Positions 39,125-48,757 of a stretch of 64,000 bases of DNA are shown piece by piece. The notes beneath the pieces are model-generated. The model did no database searches, was not told where the DNA came from, and saw only the letters and a program-made list of their open reading frames with translations. Source of the stretch: Bacteroidota bacterium (GTDB taxonomy: Bacteria; Bacteroidota; Ignavibacteria; UBA10030; UBA6906); contig JBFLYO010000002.1 in the NCBI GenBank assembly GCA_040756745.1, positions 25,985-89,984 on the forward strand, written 5' to 3'. Position 1 is the stretch's first letter. Each line of letters begins with the position of its first letter. The position numbers and the translations under genes were made by a program.

Positions 39125-39168
39125 TTGACGACAAAGGAGCATCGTTTCAATTCACCGCAAAGGACACA

Positions 39169-40449
39169 ATGGATCACAAAGCAGGAAGATACAAAGTTGC
39201 CGATCTGAAGCTCGCCGGTGAAGGGGGGCGGCTGATCGAGTGGGCGGAGTCACGGATGCCGGTATTAATGGCGTTGCGGGAGAAGTATGCGAAGGCGAAA
39301 CCATTCAAGGGATACCGGATTGCCGGCTGTCTCCATGTGACAAAGGAGACTGCGGTGCTGGTCAGGACGTTCGTGGAAGCCGGCGCCGAGGTAAGCTGGA
39401 GTGGGTGCAATCCCCTCTCCACCAATGATGCGGTCGCTGCGGCCCTGGCAAAGCAGGGGATCTCCATCTTTGCCTGGCACGGGATGAACGTCAAGGAGTT
39501 TTACTGGTGCATCGAAGAGACGCTGAAGTTCCATCCGAACCTCACTCTGGACGACGGCGCCGACCTGATCTTCACGATCCACAACAAGCATCCCGAGTTC
39601 GCCGAAAAATACGTGATCGGCGGGACGGAGGAGACGACGACCGGGGTGCATCGGCTTCGCGCAATGGCGGCGGATGGCGCGCTCAAGTACCCGGTGATCG
39701 CCGTGAACGATGCAGAGACCAAGTGGGACTTCGACAACGTGTACGGGACGGGGCAATCGACGCTTGACGGCGTCCTACGGGCGACAAGCGTTCTGCTTGC
39801 CGGCAAGAATGTGGTGGTTGCCGGCTTCGGGCATTGCGGAAAAGGTGTTGCGATCAGGGCGAAGGGGTTGGGGGCTAACGTGATCGTGACGGAGGTAAAG
39901 CCGACCGCGGCGTTGAAGGCCACACTGGAGGGATTCCGGGTGATGACGATGGACGAAGCCGCACCGATCGGGGATGTGTTCATTACGGCGACGGGCGTCA
40001 AGGACGTGATTGTCGACCGGCACTTTCGCAAGATGAAGGAAGGCGCTATTGTCTGCAATACCGGGCATTACGACTGTGAGGTAAACCTCGTACATCTCGC
40101 GAAGCTGATGAAGCGGAAGCGCGAGATCAGAATGAACAACGAGGAGTACACGCTGAAGGACGGAAAGAGGCTCTACATTCTTGCTCAGGGGCGCCTTGTA
40201 AATCTTGCGGCGGCGGAGGGGCATCCGTCGGAAGTGATGGACATGTCGTTTGCCAATCAATTCATGTCGCAGCTTCGTCTCGTGGATCTGCACAGGAAAG
40301 GGGTTCGACTGAAGAACGGGGTGCACGACATCCCGGCGACGCAGGATCAGGACATCGCCCGCGTGAAGCTTAGCACGCAGGGGGTGAAGATCGACCGGCT
40401 TACCGAGGAGCAATTGGCCTACATGGAGGATTACAGCGCGGGGACGTAA
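39169..40449 (+). CDS. ahcY: Adenosylhomocysteinase
   Basis: GCLHVTKET, CNPLST, EETTTG, KWDFDNVYG, GRLVNL..GHPS. Confidence 0.97.
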   Translation: MDHKAGRYKVADLKLAGEGGRLIEWAESRMPVLMALREKYAKAKPFKGYRIAGCLHVTKETAVLVRTFVEAGAEVSWSGCNPLSTNDAVAAALAKQGISIFAWHGMNVKEFYWCIEETLKFHPNLTLDDGADLIFTIHNKHPEFAEKYVIGGTEETTTGVHRLRAMAADGALKYPVIAVNDAETKWDFDNVYGTGQSTLDGVLRATSVLLAGKNVVVAGFGHCGKGVAIRAKGLGANVIVTEVKPTAALKATLEGFRVMTMDEAAPIGDVFITATGVKDVIVDRHFRKMKEGAIVCNTGHYDCEVNLVHLAKLMKRKREIRMNNEEYTLKDGKRLYILAQGRLVNLAAAEGHPSEVMDMSFANQFMSQLRLVDLHRKGVRLKNGVHDIPATQDQDIARVKLSTQGVKIDRLTEEQLAYMEDYSAGT

Positions 40450-40470
40450 ATTAAGTGTGGCGAAAATCCA

Positions 40471-40509
40471 AAAACGCGAAAGCGACCCACGGGTCGCTTT
40501 CGGCTTTTT
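40471..40509. terminator. Bidirectional intrinsic terminator
   Basis: AAAA..CGAAAGCGACC-CACG-GGTCGCTTTCG..TTTTT between convergent genes. Confidence 0.85.
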
Positions 40510-40528
40510 ATACCTTGACCTTAAAAAA

Positions 40529-40894
40529 CTATACGCCCATGACTCGCTTTATCGAGAACTGTAAGTACTCAATGTTGAATGGCTTGGTAATATAATCGTC
40601 CGCGCCGAGTTTGAGCGTTTCGGTTGCCACGGAGAAGCCGACACGGCCGGTGAGCATGATAATCTTGCACTTCAGCCCCTTGTCCTTGATGAACTTCAGC
40701 ACGTCGATCCCCGATTTGACCGGCATGTTGATGTCCAGCAACATCAGGTCGAAATTCCCCTTCTCGAGCTTCTCGATCGCCACCGCGCCGTCCTCCGCCT
40801 CGTCAAGCTCATACCCCATTGCGGTGAGCTGATCCTTCACGATCTTCCGCAGGTCAGCGTCGTCGTCAACGTAGAGTATTCGTAATTGGCTCAT
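40529..40894 (-). CDS. Single-domain response regulator
   Basis: ILYVDDD, LLDINMP, MLTG, YITKPF; ATG 40894; TTGACT-17-TATATA promoter at 40951-40923. Confidence 0.9.
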   Translation of the reverse strand: MSQLRILYVDDDADLRKIVKDQLTAMGYELDEAEDGAVAIEKLEKGNFDLMLLDINMPVKSGIDVLKFIKDKGLKCKIIMLTGRVGFSVATETLKLGADDYITKPFNIEYLQFSIKRVMGV

Positions 40895-40963
40895 GGTCGG
40901 CTGTATGAATAGATACGGAGCGTATATAGCGAAAAACGTTCCGAAAGTCAATCTGGATGAGAC

Positions 40964-42682
40964 ATGCTACACAGCCGGAGACCCCCGTCATTTCTAGGGG
41001 TTTTGGCGGCATCAGCGCTGTTTGCAGCAGACGCCCGTTCGCAGGCCGTCAGAATCAACGAGATCATGTACGCCCCGTTTGGGGCGGAGCCGGAATGGGT
41101 TGAACTCTTCAGCGATGCTGTCGCCCAGGTCAATTTGCGGGGATGGTTGATGTCCGACGCTGGGGTCACGCAGCATCTCGTGTCTGCGGCTGACGCATGC
41201 CTGGACCCCGGCTCGTTCGTCGTGCTGACGAAGGATACAGCAGCGCTCGCCGCTGTCCGTCCGGCCGTGAGGGGCAAAGTGATTGAAGTTGCCGGTTTCC
41301 CTGCGCTGAATAATACGGGGGATGCAGTTCGCCTCTATAATAGTCAGGGCAGTGTCATCGACAGCGTCGCCTATCTCCCCCCCTGGGGAGGAGCTGTGGG
41401 TGGGGCCTCGCTGGAACGCATCGATGCCGGAAGCCCCTCCCAGAACCCGTCGAATTGGGGGAGTTCGCACGACCTGACGGGCGGAACCCCTGCCGGCGAA
41501 AACTCCATCGCCCGGAAATCGCTGGATGTGAGGCCGGCGCAGGGAAGCACTGAGACTATTTCCTCCGGCGAGGTCATGCTGTCGGCACTGATACGAAACG
41601 AGGGGCGCCTCCCGGCCGAGGGGGTGGCGGCTACATTTTACGATGAGGCGGCGTCCGTGTCCGGGCGTTCGCTCAGCCTGATCGGCCGCATACCAATCTC
41701 TGCAAGCATCCTTCCGGGCGATTCGGCCCTGGTGCACTGCACCTGGGCCTCGCCTGACCCGGGAAGTCATACCGTGCTTGTTGTGACGGAGTTTCCCTCA
41801 GATCAGCGGCCAGCAAATGACTCGCTTCGTTTTGCGACGCGCGTTCCGGCATCATGGAATCTGGTTGTGATCAATGAGATCATGTACGAGCCACTCGAAG
41901 GAGAGCCAGAATTTTTGGAGATCCTCAATCTCAGCAGGGCTTCCATTGGGTTGGTGGGCTGGGTGATGGGCGACGGGTCCACGAGCGTAGAGATCCCGGC
42001 GGGCACACCCTCACTCCAGCCTGGCGCATGCATGGTCATGGCTGCCGATTCTGGTCTGTACTTGTTCTTTCCGGGATTGCGGGACGGGACGGGGGTTTGG
42101 ATTCCACGATCGGGTATGCCGACGCTCAATAACGACGGGGACAGGTTGTCACTGCATGATCCGGCTGGTGTCCTCGTGGACAGTGTGGCCTACTCCCCGG
42201 TCTGGCACAATCCTGCGGTGTTCGACACCCGCGGAAGATCGCTCGAAAGGATCGTGGCACGAGGGGAGTCAAACAATGCATCAAACTGGACGACATGCGC
42301 TGCGTCGGAAGGAGGAACGCCGGGGCGGAGGAACAGCACCGGACTGATGCCGTCGCCATCGGGCGCCTTGCTCTCATGCTCGCCAAACCCATTCTCACCT
42401 GACAACGACGGCCGCGACGATGCGACGGTGATTCACTATGCTTTGCCCGTCGGCGTCTGGGCGGTCCATGCTACGGTCTTCGATGCGAGGGGACGAACAA
42501 TTCGTCACCTGGCAACCTCGACACCGGGGGTAGGGCAGGGAGATCTTGTTTGGGACGGAAGAGACGATGATCGGGCGCGATGCAGAATGGGAATCTACAT
42601 CGTGCTGCTGGAAGCGATTGAACAGTCGAGTGGGGGGAAAGTGACGGCGAAGGGGGTTGTGGTGCTCGCAGCAAAATTATGA
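40964..42682 (+). CDS. Lamin-tail-domain protein with CARDB-like module and T9SS/gliding-type C-terminal domain
   Basis: Two INEIMY..EWVEL..LNNxGD..SLERI..GGTP repeats; PNPFSPDNDGRDD..WDGRDD..GIY. Confidence 0.8.
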   Translation: MLHSRRPPSFLGVLAASALFAADARSQAVRINEIMYAPFGAEPEWVELFSDAVAQVNLRGWLMSDAGVTQHLVSAADACLDPGSFVVLTKDTAALAAVRPAVRGKVIEVAGFPALNNTGDAVRLYNSQGSVIDSVAYLPPWGGAVGGASLERIDAGSPSQNPSNWGSSHDLTGGTPAGENSIARKSLDVRPAQGSTETISSGEVMLSALIRNEGRLPAEGVAATFYDEAASVSGRSLSLIGRIPISASILPGDSALVHCTWASPDPGSHTVLVVTEFPSDQRPANDSLRFATRVPASWNLVVINEIMYEPLEGEPEFLEILNLSRASIGLVGWVMGDGSTSVEIPAGTPSLQPGACMVMAADSGLYLFFPGLRDGTGVWIPRSGMPTLNNDGDRLSLHDPAGVLVDSVAYSPVWHNPAVFDTRGRSLERIVARGESNNASNWTTCAASEGGTPGRRNSTGLMPSPSGALLSCSPNPFSPDNDGRDDATVIHYALPVGVWAVHATVFDARGRTIRHLATSTPGVGQGDLVWDGRDDDRARCRMGIYIVLLEAIEQSSGGKVTAKGVVVLAAKL

Positions 42683-42706
42683 ATTATCCATGGATCATGG
42701 ATAATT
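42682..42706. terminator. Palindromic hairpin between convergent genes
   Basis: AATTATCCATG-GAT-CATGGATAATT. Confidence 0.5.
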
Positions 42707-42721
42707 GATAATCTTGTTGTG

Positions 42722-43105
42722 TTACGACCACGCCCCCTCGATGCGCCCGAAGATGAGTTCGTCGACGAGTTTCAGGATCCGCTTGACCGGCGTGGTTTTG
42801 TCGAGCAGATAGTCCATCACCGGATCGAGCTTCAGCGTGTTGCGCGCCAGATCGGTGTAGGCGGAGATGAAGATGAACTTGGTCTTCCGGTAACGCTCCA
42901 GCTCCCTCGCAAAGGCGTGAAGCTTCAGCCCGTCCAGCCCCGGCATCCTGATGTCGGAAATGATCAGATCAATGTCGGTCCTCGTCAGCACATCACACCC
43001 CTCCATCCCGTCCCGCGCCGTGTGCACCGTATACCCGTTCTCGGCCAGGATCTCTTTCAACAGTTCGAGGTAATCGGCATTGTCGTCTACAAGCAGGATA
43101 TCCAT
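42722..43105 (-). CDS. Single-domain response regulator
   Basis: ILLVDDN, IISDIRMPGLDG, FISAY, LLDK. Confidence 0.88.
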   Translation of the reverse strand: MDILLVDDNADYLELLKEILAENGYTVHTARDGMEGCDVLTRTDIDLIISDIRMPGLDGLKLHAFARELERYRKTKFIFISAYTDLARNTLKLDPVMDYLLDKTTPVKRILKLVDELIFGRIEGAWS

Positions 43106-43174
43106 GGCTCAGTCAAGTGTGCGTGAAATTCCCCTTTCCTCGACCGAAAGATGGGGAATCGAACCGTCTCTTGC

Positions 43175-43190
43175 TGTGAGTGAAATCACA
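43175..43190. promoter_or_regulatory. Perfect CRP-type operator
   Basis: TGTGA-GTGAAA-TCACA, centred at -41.5 relative to a CATCTT -10 element on the - strand. Confidence 0.7.
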
Positions 43191-43248
43191 TGAGGCCATG
43201 GCCTCACGTGATTTGAGGACAACGGAGGGTATCCAGCGTGGCAAAAAA

Positions 43249-43731
43249 CTATAATTTCCGAAGCATTTTGACCATATCGGGCATTTCCAGGCGGTAGAGA
43301 AACCACTCTTTCATATGCCTGGCCCCCAACCGGTCGTAGAAATCAAGGGCGTTTCTGTTCCAGTCCAGAACGGCCCACTCCATCCGCCCGCAACCGCGTC
43401 GCTCTGCCTCGGCAACCATTCCCCGAAAGAGGGCATAACCGACCCCCTGCTTCCGATACGAGGGGAGAACGAACATATCCTCAAGATACAGGGTTGGGAG
43501 AGCAAGAAAGCTGGAATAGGTTTCGAAGACGAACGCATAGCCGACGGCCTTGCCGTCGTATTCGCCCAGGTGACATTCGAGCCGGGGGGTAGGGGAGAAG
43601 AGATCGCGAAGGAGTCGTTCCTTCGCCGCGGCATCTGGCGGGGTAAGCTTTTCGAAATCCGCAAGTGCCTCAACTAGAGTGAGGATCAGAGGGCCATCGG
43701 CCTGGACGGACCTGCGAACAGAGATGCTCAT
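43249..43731 (-). CDS. GNAT N-acetyltransferase (SSAT-like)
   Basis: LADFEKL, LYLEDMFVLPSYRKQGVG, GRMEWAVLDWN..FYDRLGA. Confidence 0.9.
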   Translation of the reverse strand: MSISVRRSVQADGPLILTLVEALADFEKLTPPDAAAKERLLRDLFSPTPRLECHLGEYDGKAVGYAFVFETYSSFLALPTLYLEDMFVLPSYRKQGVGYALFRGMVAEAERRGCGRMEWAVLDWNRNALDFYDRLGARHMKEWFLYRLEMPDMVKMLRKL

Positions 43732-43732
43732 G

Positions 43733-43804
43733 CTAAATCTGGCCGGTTCTGAACCTGGCCTGCAAGTCGCACCAGTGGCACCAGGCGGCGATAAATCCGA
43801 TCAT
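43733..43804 (-). other. 23-codon upstream ORF or thioredoxin-like remnant (WCHWC)
   Basis: (ARKPV)MIGFIAAWCHWCDLQARFRTGQI*; stop 1 nt before the GNAT ATG. Confidence 0.35.
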
Positions 43805-43930
43805 AACCGGCTTTCTTGCGTGGGTTCCTCCACGTGTCGATGGCCTGAATCCCGGCAAGATAGGAACTTCCCAGATTGAATCAAAGGTGAGCGTTGCAGG
43901 TCGCCCTCCCGGGTGGGAATGCGTGCTGCG

Positions 43931-44860
43931 CTAATCCCCCCGGATTCGGCGATGGTATTCGCTCATGATGAGTCCAAGCGCGACAGAGAGAAGCCGCGCG
44001 TCGGCCTTGTCGGCCCGCGACGGGATCAAGACGGGAACCTTCCCGCCAACGATGACGTGCGCAAGTCTAAGCCCGGCGAAATATGTCGTGCTCTTGGCCA
44101 GACTGTTGGCCGATTCGATGTTTGCTGCGACCAGGATCTCCGCTCTTCCCGCCACCTTCGACGCGATCCTTTTCTCCGCTGCCGCTTCATTAGAGATGGC
44201 ATTGTCGAGGGCAAAGGGGCCGTCAACGAGGCATCCCTTGATCTGCCCCCGTTCGTTCATCTTTGACAGCGCAGCCGCGTCGATGGTTGACTGAAGGGCG
44301 GGTAGAACGAACTCCGTCGCCGACAGAACCGCCACCTTCGGGCATTCGTTCCCGAGGGCATGAGCCACCTCGACCGCGTTGACGATCAGCTCCACCTTGT
44401 TCTTCAGATCGGGAGCGAGGGTCATGCCGCCGTCGGTGATCATGATGAACTTGTTTTCCTCGCGCGGTGGATACTCGAGCACGAAGATATCGCTGAGAAG
44501 TCTCCCGGTCCTGAGCCCGCACTTTTCGTCGAGGACGGCGCGCATCATCGTTCCCGTGTCCACGCTTCCCTTCAGGAGGATGTCCGCCTCGCCGTCGCGT
44601 GCCGCCGTGACGGCACGTTGCAGCGCTCCCTGCGGGTCGGGTTCATGGATCACCGTAACGCGCGAAGAATCGATCGCGCGTCCCCCGATCCCGCGTGCGA
44701 TCTGCTCCCCGTCACCGACAAGCAGAAACGTCACGCGGAGCGCCTTGAGGGAATCCCGGATTGCCTCAAACGTCTCCGCATTCGACGGCATTACGACCGC
44801 CACCCGTTGCGGCAAGAAGGTGGAGGCATTGTTCAGCAGTTGTTCAAAGGTTCCGATCAT
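43931..44860 (-). CDS. ptb: Phosphate butyryltransferase
   Basis: LLKGSVDT, ITDGGM, DGPFALDNAIS, PSRAD; start ATG 44860. Confidence 0.88.
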   Translation of the reverse strand: MIGTFEQLLNNASTFLPQRVAVVMPSNAETFEAIRDSLKALRVTFLLVGDGEQIARGIGGRAIDSSRVTVIHEPDPQGALQRAVTAARDGEADILLKGSVDTGTMMRAVLDEKCGLRTGRLLSDIFVLEYPPREENKFIMITDGGMTLAPDLKNKVELIVNAVEVAHALGNECPKVAVLSATEFVLPALQSTIDAAALSKMNERGQIKGCLVDGPFALDNAISNEAAAEKRIASKVAGRAEILVAANIESANSLAKSTTYFAGLRLAHVIVGGKVPVLIPSRADKADARLLSVALGLIMSEYHRRIRGD

Positions 44861-44906
44861 GGTAGTGGCTTTGATTTGTGCTCCCCTTATGATGTTCGAA
44901 TAACCG

Positions 44907-44996
44907 AACCCACCCCCAACCCCTCCCTTGAAAAGGGAGGGGATCTTGTTCGTCCCCCTTCCCCGTTTCAAGGGGAAGGGGCCAGGGGATAGGGTT
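44907..44996. repeat. REP-like double-hairpin palindromic element
   Basis: AACCCACCCCCAA-CCCCTCCCTT gaa AAGGGAGGGG ... CCCCTTCCCC gtttcaa GGGGAAGGGG-CCAGGGGATAGGGTT. Confidence 0.75.
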
Positions 44997-45028
44997 CCGT
45001 CTGGAATCGCGTTGCGAGGGTGAGTTGT

Positions 45029-46090
45029 TTAATATTCTCTCGCCTCCACCTCGCCTTTCAGCACCCTTAATGTTCCTTCCGCCATCGACCTCATCTCATC
45101 CTCTCCGGGATGCACCAGCACCGGTGCAATAAACCGAATCCGCTCCGTGATCCAGCCAACAAGCATGGCTGATGTCGCCAGCCCTCCTGTAAGCACCACA
45201 GCATCCACCTTGCCCTTGAGAACGGCGGCCATTGCGCCGATCTCTTTGGCGATCTGGTATCCCATCGCCTCATACACCTCCCGTGCTTTCGCATTCCCTT
45301 CCGCAATCATCTGCTCGACCTCGACGGCGCAGTTCGTTCCGAGATAGGCGACGAGTCCGCCGCGGCCCCGGACGAGATCGCGCATCTGCCGCTCCGTGTA
45401 CGACCCCGAAAAGCAGAGGGTGACGAACTGCTGGAGGGGCAAACCGCCGGTCCGTTCGGGAGAAAACGGCCCGTCGCTCGAGGCGTCGTTGATGTCAACT
45501 ATTCTTCCCCCTTTCAGAGGTGCGACCGAGATCCCGCCGCCGAGATGGGCGACGATGAACCGGCTGGATTCCAGCGAGATGCCGGTCTCCTGCGCCGCCC
45601 GCCGGCCGGCGGCATGAATATTGAGCGCGTGCGAGAGCGCGCTCCGGGTGACCAGGGGATGACCTGAGTAGCGCGCCAACGGCTCCAGCTCATCAACCGA
45701 AACCGGATCGACGACGTACGCCGTGCATCCATACTCCTGCGCAAGCGCGTGCGCCATGGCGCAGCCGAGGTTCGATGCGTGTTCACCCTGGATGTTTGAA
45801 CGCGCGTCATCCAGCATCCGTTCGTTTACGCGGTACGTCCCCCCGGGAAGCGGCCGCAAGAGCCCCCCGACCCCGGCCACGGCCGATACCGCACTGGCGT
45901 GAGCGTGGGCCCATTCGCGCACTGCCAGTAGCCGGAAATCGAACTGTGCCCAGATGCACGAAAACTTCGTGAGCGATGCAGGATCATGCCGTATCACCTC
46001 CGCACACACTTCCCCCTCCTCCTCGTAGAGCGCCATCTTCGTGGATGTTGACCCGGGATTGACGACCAGGATGCGGTGTGATGGTATCAC
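45029..46090 (-). CDS. buk: Butyrate kinase
   Basis: ILVVNPGSTSTK, GEHASNLG, HALN, AHLGGGIS, GPFSPERTG, PGEDEM; GTG 46090 (alternative TTG 46108). Confidence 0.94.
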   Translation of the reverse strand: MIPSHRILVVNPGSTSTKMALYEEEGEVCAEVIRHDPASLTKFSCIWAQFDFRLLAVREWAHAHASAVSAVAGVGGLLRPLPGGTYRVNERMLDDARSNIQGEHASNLGCAMAHALAQEYGCTAYVVDPVSVDELEPLARYSGHPLVTRSALSHALNIHAAGRRAAQETGISLESSRFIVAHLGGGISVAPLKGGRIVDINDASSDGPFSPERTGGLPLQQFVTLCFSGSYTERQMRDLVRGRGGLVAYLGTNCAVEVEQMIAEGNAKAREVYEAMGYQIAKEIGAMAAVLKGKVDAVVLTGGLATSAMLVGWITERIRFIAPVLVHPGEDEMRSMAEGTLRVLKGEVEAREY

Positions 46091-46101
46091 GATTCTCCCG
46101 T

Positions 46102-47166
46102 TCAGCAAATCCGGGGAAGCTGTTCACCCGAAAGCATATCCACCACCCGCGTCCCTCCAATCCCCGTCTTCATCACCACAACGCGAGGGTGGTCCTGCAC
46201 GACGCTCCCGATAACGACGGCATCGCGCCCGAGGGGATGGCGATGCATCGCATCGAGGACGGCGGACGTCGAATCGGGCGGGACAAAGGCGAGGAGCTTC
46301 CCCTCATTTGCAACGTACAATGGATCAAGTCCAAGGATCTCGCAGGCACCACGAACGTCGTCGGTCAGTGGGATGGCTTCTTCAGTGATGAAGATGCCGA
46401 CGCCTGCCGATCCGGCGATCTCATTCAGTGCGCTTGCCACACCCCCCCGGGTTGGATCCCGAAGCACATGCAGCTCCCCCGCGCCGAACATCGCATCCAC
46501 TAGCCCGTTGAGCGGGGCGGTGTCGCTGGCGATCGCGGTTTCGAACTCGAGTCCTTCGCGGACCGACATGATTGCTATCCCGTGCACCGCGATCGGGCCA
46601 TTGACAATAATATTGTCGCCAGGCCTGGCGTTCCGCGGGTTGATGGTCCTCCCGGGAGGAATCACGCCGATGCCGGTGGTGGTGACGAACATCCGGTCAC
46701 CCTTCCCCTTGTCAACGACCTTCGTGTCACCTGTTGCCAGCTCGACTCCGGCCCGCTGCGCCGCCGACTTCATCGATTGGACGACCCGCCAGAGGTCCTC
46801 CATCGGCAGGCCCTCTTCGAGGATAAAGCCGACAGAGAGGTATTTCGGGTTCGCGCCGCACATCGCCAGGTCATTGACGGTGCCGTTGACGGCCAATTCG
46901 CCGATGTCTCCTCCGGGGAAAAACAGGGGGTTGACAACGTACCCATCAGTTGACAAAGCGAGCGTCGTGTTGCCGAGCGTGAATACAGCCCCATCGTGCA
47001 ATGGCGCAAGCAGCGGATTGTCGAACTGCGAGAGAAACATCTTTTCGATCAACTGATGGGTCAGCCGACCGCCGCCGCCGTGAGCGAGCAGGACGGTCTT
47101 GTAGTCCGTGATGGGGACCGGACAACTGAGCCCGGAGAGCATGTCGACCGTTTGGTTTTTCTCCAT
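46102..47166 (-). CDS. hypE: Hydrogenase maturation protein HypE
   Basis: LAHGGGG, NGTVNDLAM, RDPTRGG, VANEG, C-terminal GEQLPRIC. Confidence 0.97.
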   Translation of the reverse strand: MEKNQTVDMLSGLSCPVPITDYKTVLLAHGGGGRLTHQLIEKMFLSQFDNPLLAPLHDGAVFTLGNTTLALSTDGYVVNPLFFPGGDIGELAVNGTVNDLAMCGANPKYLSVGFILEEGLPMEDLWRVVQSMKSAAQRAGVELATGDTKVVDKGKGDRMFVTTTGIGVIPPGRTINPRNARPGDNIIVNGPIAVHGIAIMSVREGLEFETAIASDTAPLNGLVDAMFGAGELHVLRDPTRGGVASALNEIAGSAGVGIFITEEAIPLTDDVRGACEILGLDPLYVANEGKLLAFVPPDSTSAVLDAMHRHPLGRDAVVIGSVVQDHPRVVVMKTGIGGTRVVDMLSGEQLPRIC

Positions 47167-47185
47167 CGTCGTTCTCCGTGCGGAG

Positions 47186-48295
47186 TCAGGCAGGCTGGGC
47201 CTCTCTGTTCTCCAGACGGCCATAATGGTAATATGCAGCGCAGGCACCTTCCGAAGAAACCATCGGGGCGCCGAGCGGATGTTCCGGAGTGCACTTCCCA
47301 CCGAAGGCCTCACATTCGTGGGGGCGCTTCACCCCGCGCAATATTGATCCGGCGATGCAGAGCGATGACTCCTGTGCTGCGATGCCGGCTACGTCAAATT
47401 CACGCTCCGCGTCGAATGACGCGAATTCCTCGCGCAGCTTGTAGCCGCTTCGAGGGATTTCTCCGATGCCCCGCCACTTCCGGTCGGACACTTCAAACAC
47501 CTCACCGATCAACTTTTGTGCCGCGACGTTTCCCTCCCGGCGGACTGAGCGAACATACTGGTTTTCGACCTCGCTGCGCCCCGCCTCGAGCAGCTTTACA
47601 GCCATGTACACCCCCTGGAGAATGTCTACCGGTTCGAAACCGGTGACGACGATCGGCACGTTGTACCGGGCCGCAAGCGGGATGTACTCTTCAAAGCCCA
47701 TTACGGTGCAGACATGTCCCGCTGCGAGGAATGCCTGCACGCAGTTCCCCGGGGATGAGAGGAGCGCTTCGATCGCCGGGGGGACGAGGACATGCGAGCA
47801 GAGGAGGAAAAAGTTGTTGAGGCCGAGCTTCCGCGCCTGCCAGACCGACATGGCGTTCGCGGGGGCGGTCGTCTCGAAGCCGACCCCGAAGAACACCACC
47901 TTCTTTTCGGGGTGTTGCCGCGCCATTGCTACGGCATCGAGCGGGGAATAGACCATCCGTACCTCTCCCCCTTCTGCTTTCACGGTGAGCAGGTCTTTCG
48001 TCGAACCAGGGACGCGCAGCATATCGCCGAACGATGTGAAGATGACGTCCGGTCTCGATGCAATCGCGATGGCCTTGTCGATGATCTCCAGCGGCGTCAC
48101 GCAAACGGGACAACCGGGGCCGTGGACGAGCGTGATGCCGGACGGAAGCATCGATTCGATCCCGTACTTGACGATGGTATGGGTCTGCCCTCCGCAGATC
48201 TCCATGATCGTCCAGGGTCGCGTCACGGCCGCGTGAATAGCCCCTGCGATCCTGCGAGCCGCCTCACCGTCACGGTATTCGTCGATGTACCGCAT
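47186..48295 (-). CDS. hypD: Hydrogenase maturation protein HypD
   Basis: [22 protein letters not shown]-terminal Fe-S cysteines, MVSSEGAC. Confidence 0.97.
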   Translation of the reverse strand: MRYIDEYRDGEAARRIAGAIHAAVTRPWTIMEICGGQTHTIVKYGIESMLPSGITLVHGPGCPVCVTPLEIIDKAIAIASRPDVIFTSFGDMLRVPGSTKDLLTVKAEGGEVRMVYSPLDAVAMARQHPEKKVVFFGVGFETTAPANAMSVWQARKLGLNNFFLLCSHVLVPPAIEALLSSPGNCVQAFLAAGHVCTVMGFEEYIPLAARYNVPIVVTGFEPVDILQGVYMAVKLLEAGRSEVENQYVRSVRREGNVAAQKLIGEVFEVSDRKWRGIGEIPRSGYKLREEFASFDAEREFDVAGIAAQESSLCIAGSILRGVKRPHECEAFGGKCTPEHPLGAPMVSSEGACAAYYHYGRLENREAQPA

Positions 48296-48297
48296 GG

Positions 48298-48561
48298 CTA
48301 CCTCTCGCCTTCCTCCGGATCTTTGAGTTCGTCGAGCGAATTCCCCATCTCATCGAAGAGCTTGAGCGTTTCAAGCGCTTCCTTCTCGTCGACGGTGCTT
48401 ATCGCGAAACCGACATGGACGATCACGTAGGATCCGACCCGGGCCTCCGGAACCCACTCAAGGCAGACGCCCTTCTGGATCCCTCCAAAGCTGACCGTCC
48501 CCATCCTGGGAGACCCACCTTCGTTGATGGCGAGGATTTTACCGGGGATGGCGAGGCACAT
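48298..48561 (-). CDS. hypC: Hydrogenase chaperone HypC
   Basis: [19 protein letters not shown]; start ATG 48561. Confidence 0.95.
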   Translation of the reverse strand: MCLAIPGKILAINEGGSPRMGTVSFGGIQKGVCLEWVPEARVGSYVIVHVGFAISTVDEKEALETLKLFDEMGNSLDELKDPEEGER

Positions 48562-48757
48562 GAGGTTGTCCCTTCGTTGATTCCATGTGTTCGAGCGCGA
48601 TGGCGACTCCCGACTCGATGAGTACCCGGTCTCCCACCGCCGCATCTTCCACGAGGGAGATGGGCACGCGGACAAATGCGGCGCCGACACGCACCCGCGC
48701 CATGCGAACTTCTCCTTCGAGGCACAGTTCAACAATTTCGCCGCTGATCAGATTCAT
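48539..48757 (-). CDS. HypC/HupF-like paralogue lacking the conserved Cys and His
   Basis: MNLISGEIVEL..MARVRVG..VGDRVLIESGVAI aligns with HypC; ATGA-coupled to hypF. Confidence 0.75.
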   Translation of the reverse strand: MNLISGEIVELCLEGEVRMARVRVGAAFVRVPISLVEDAAVGDRVLIESGVAIALEHMESTKGQPHVPRHPR

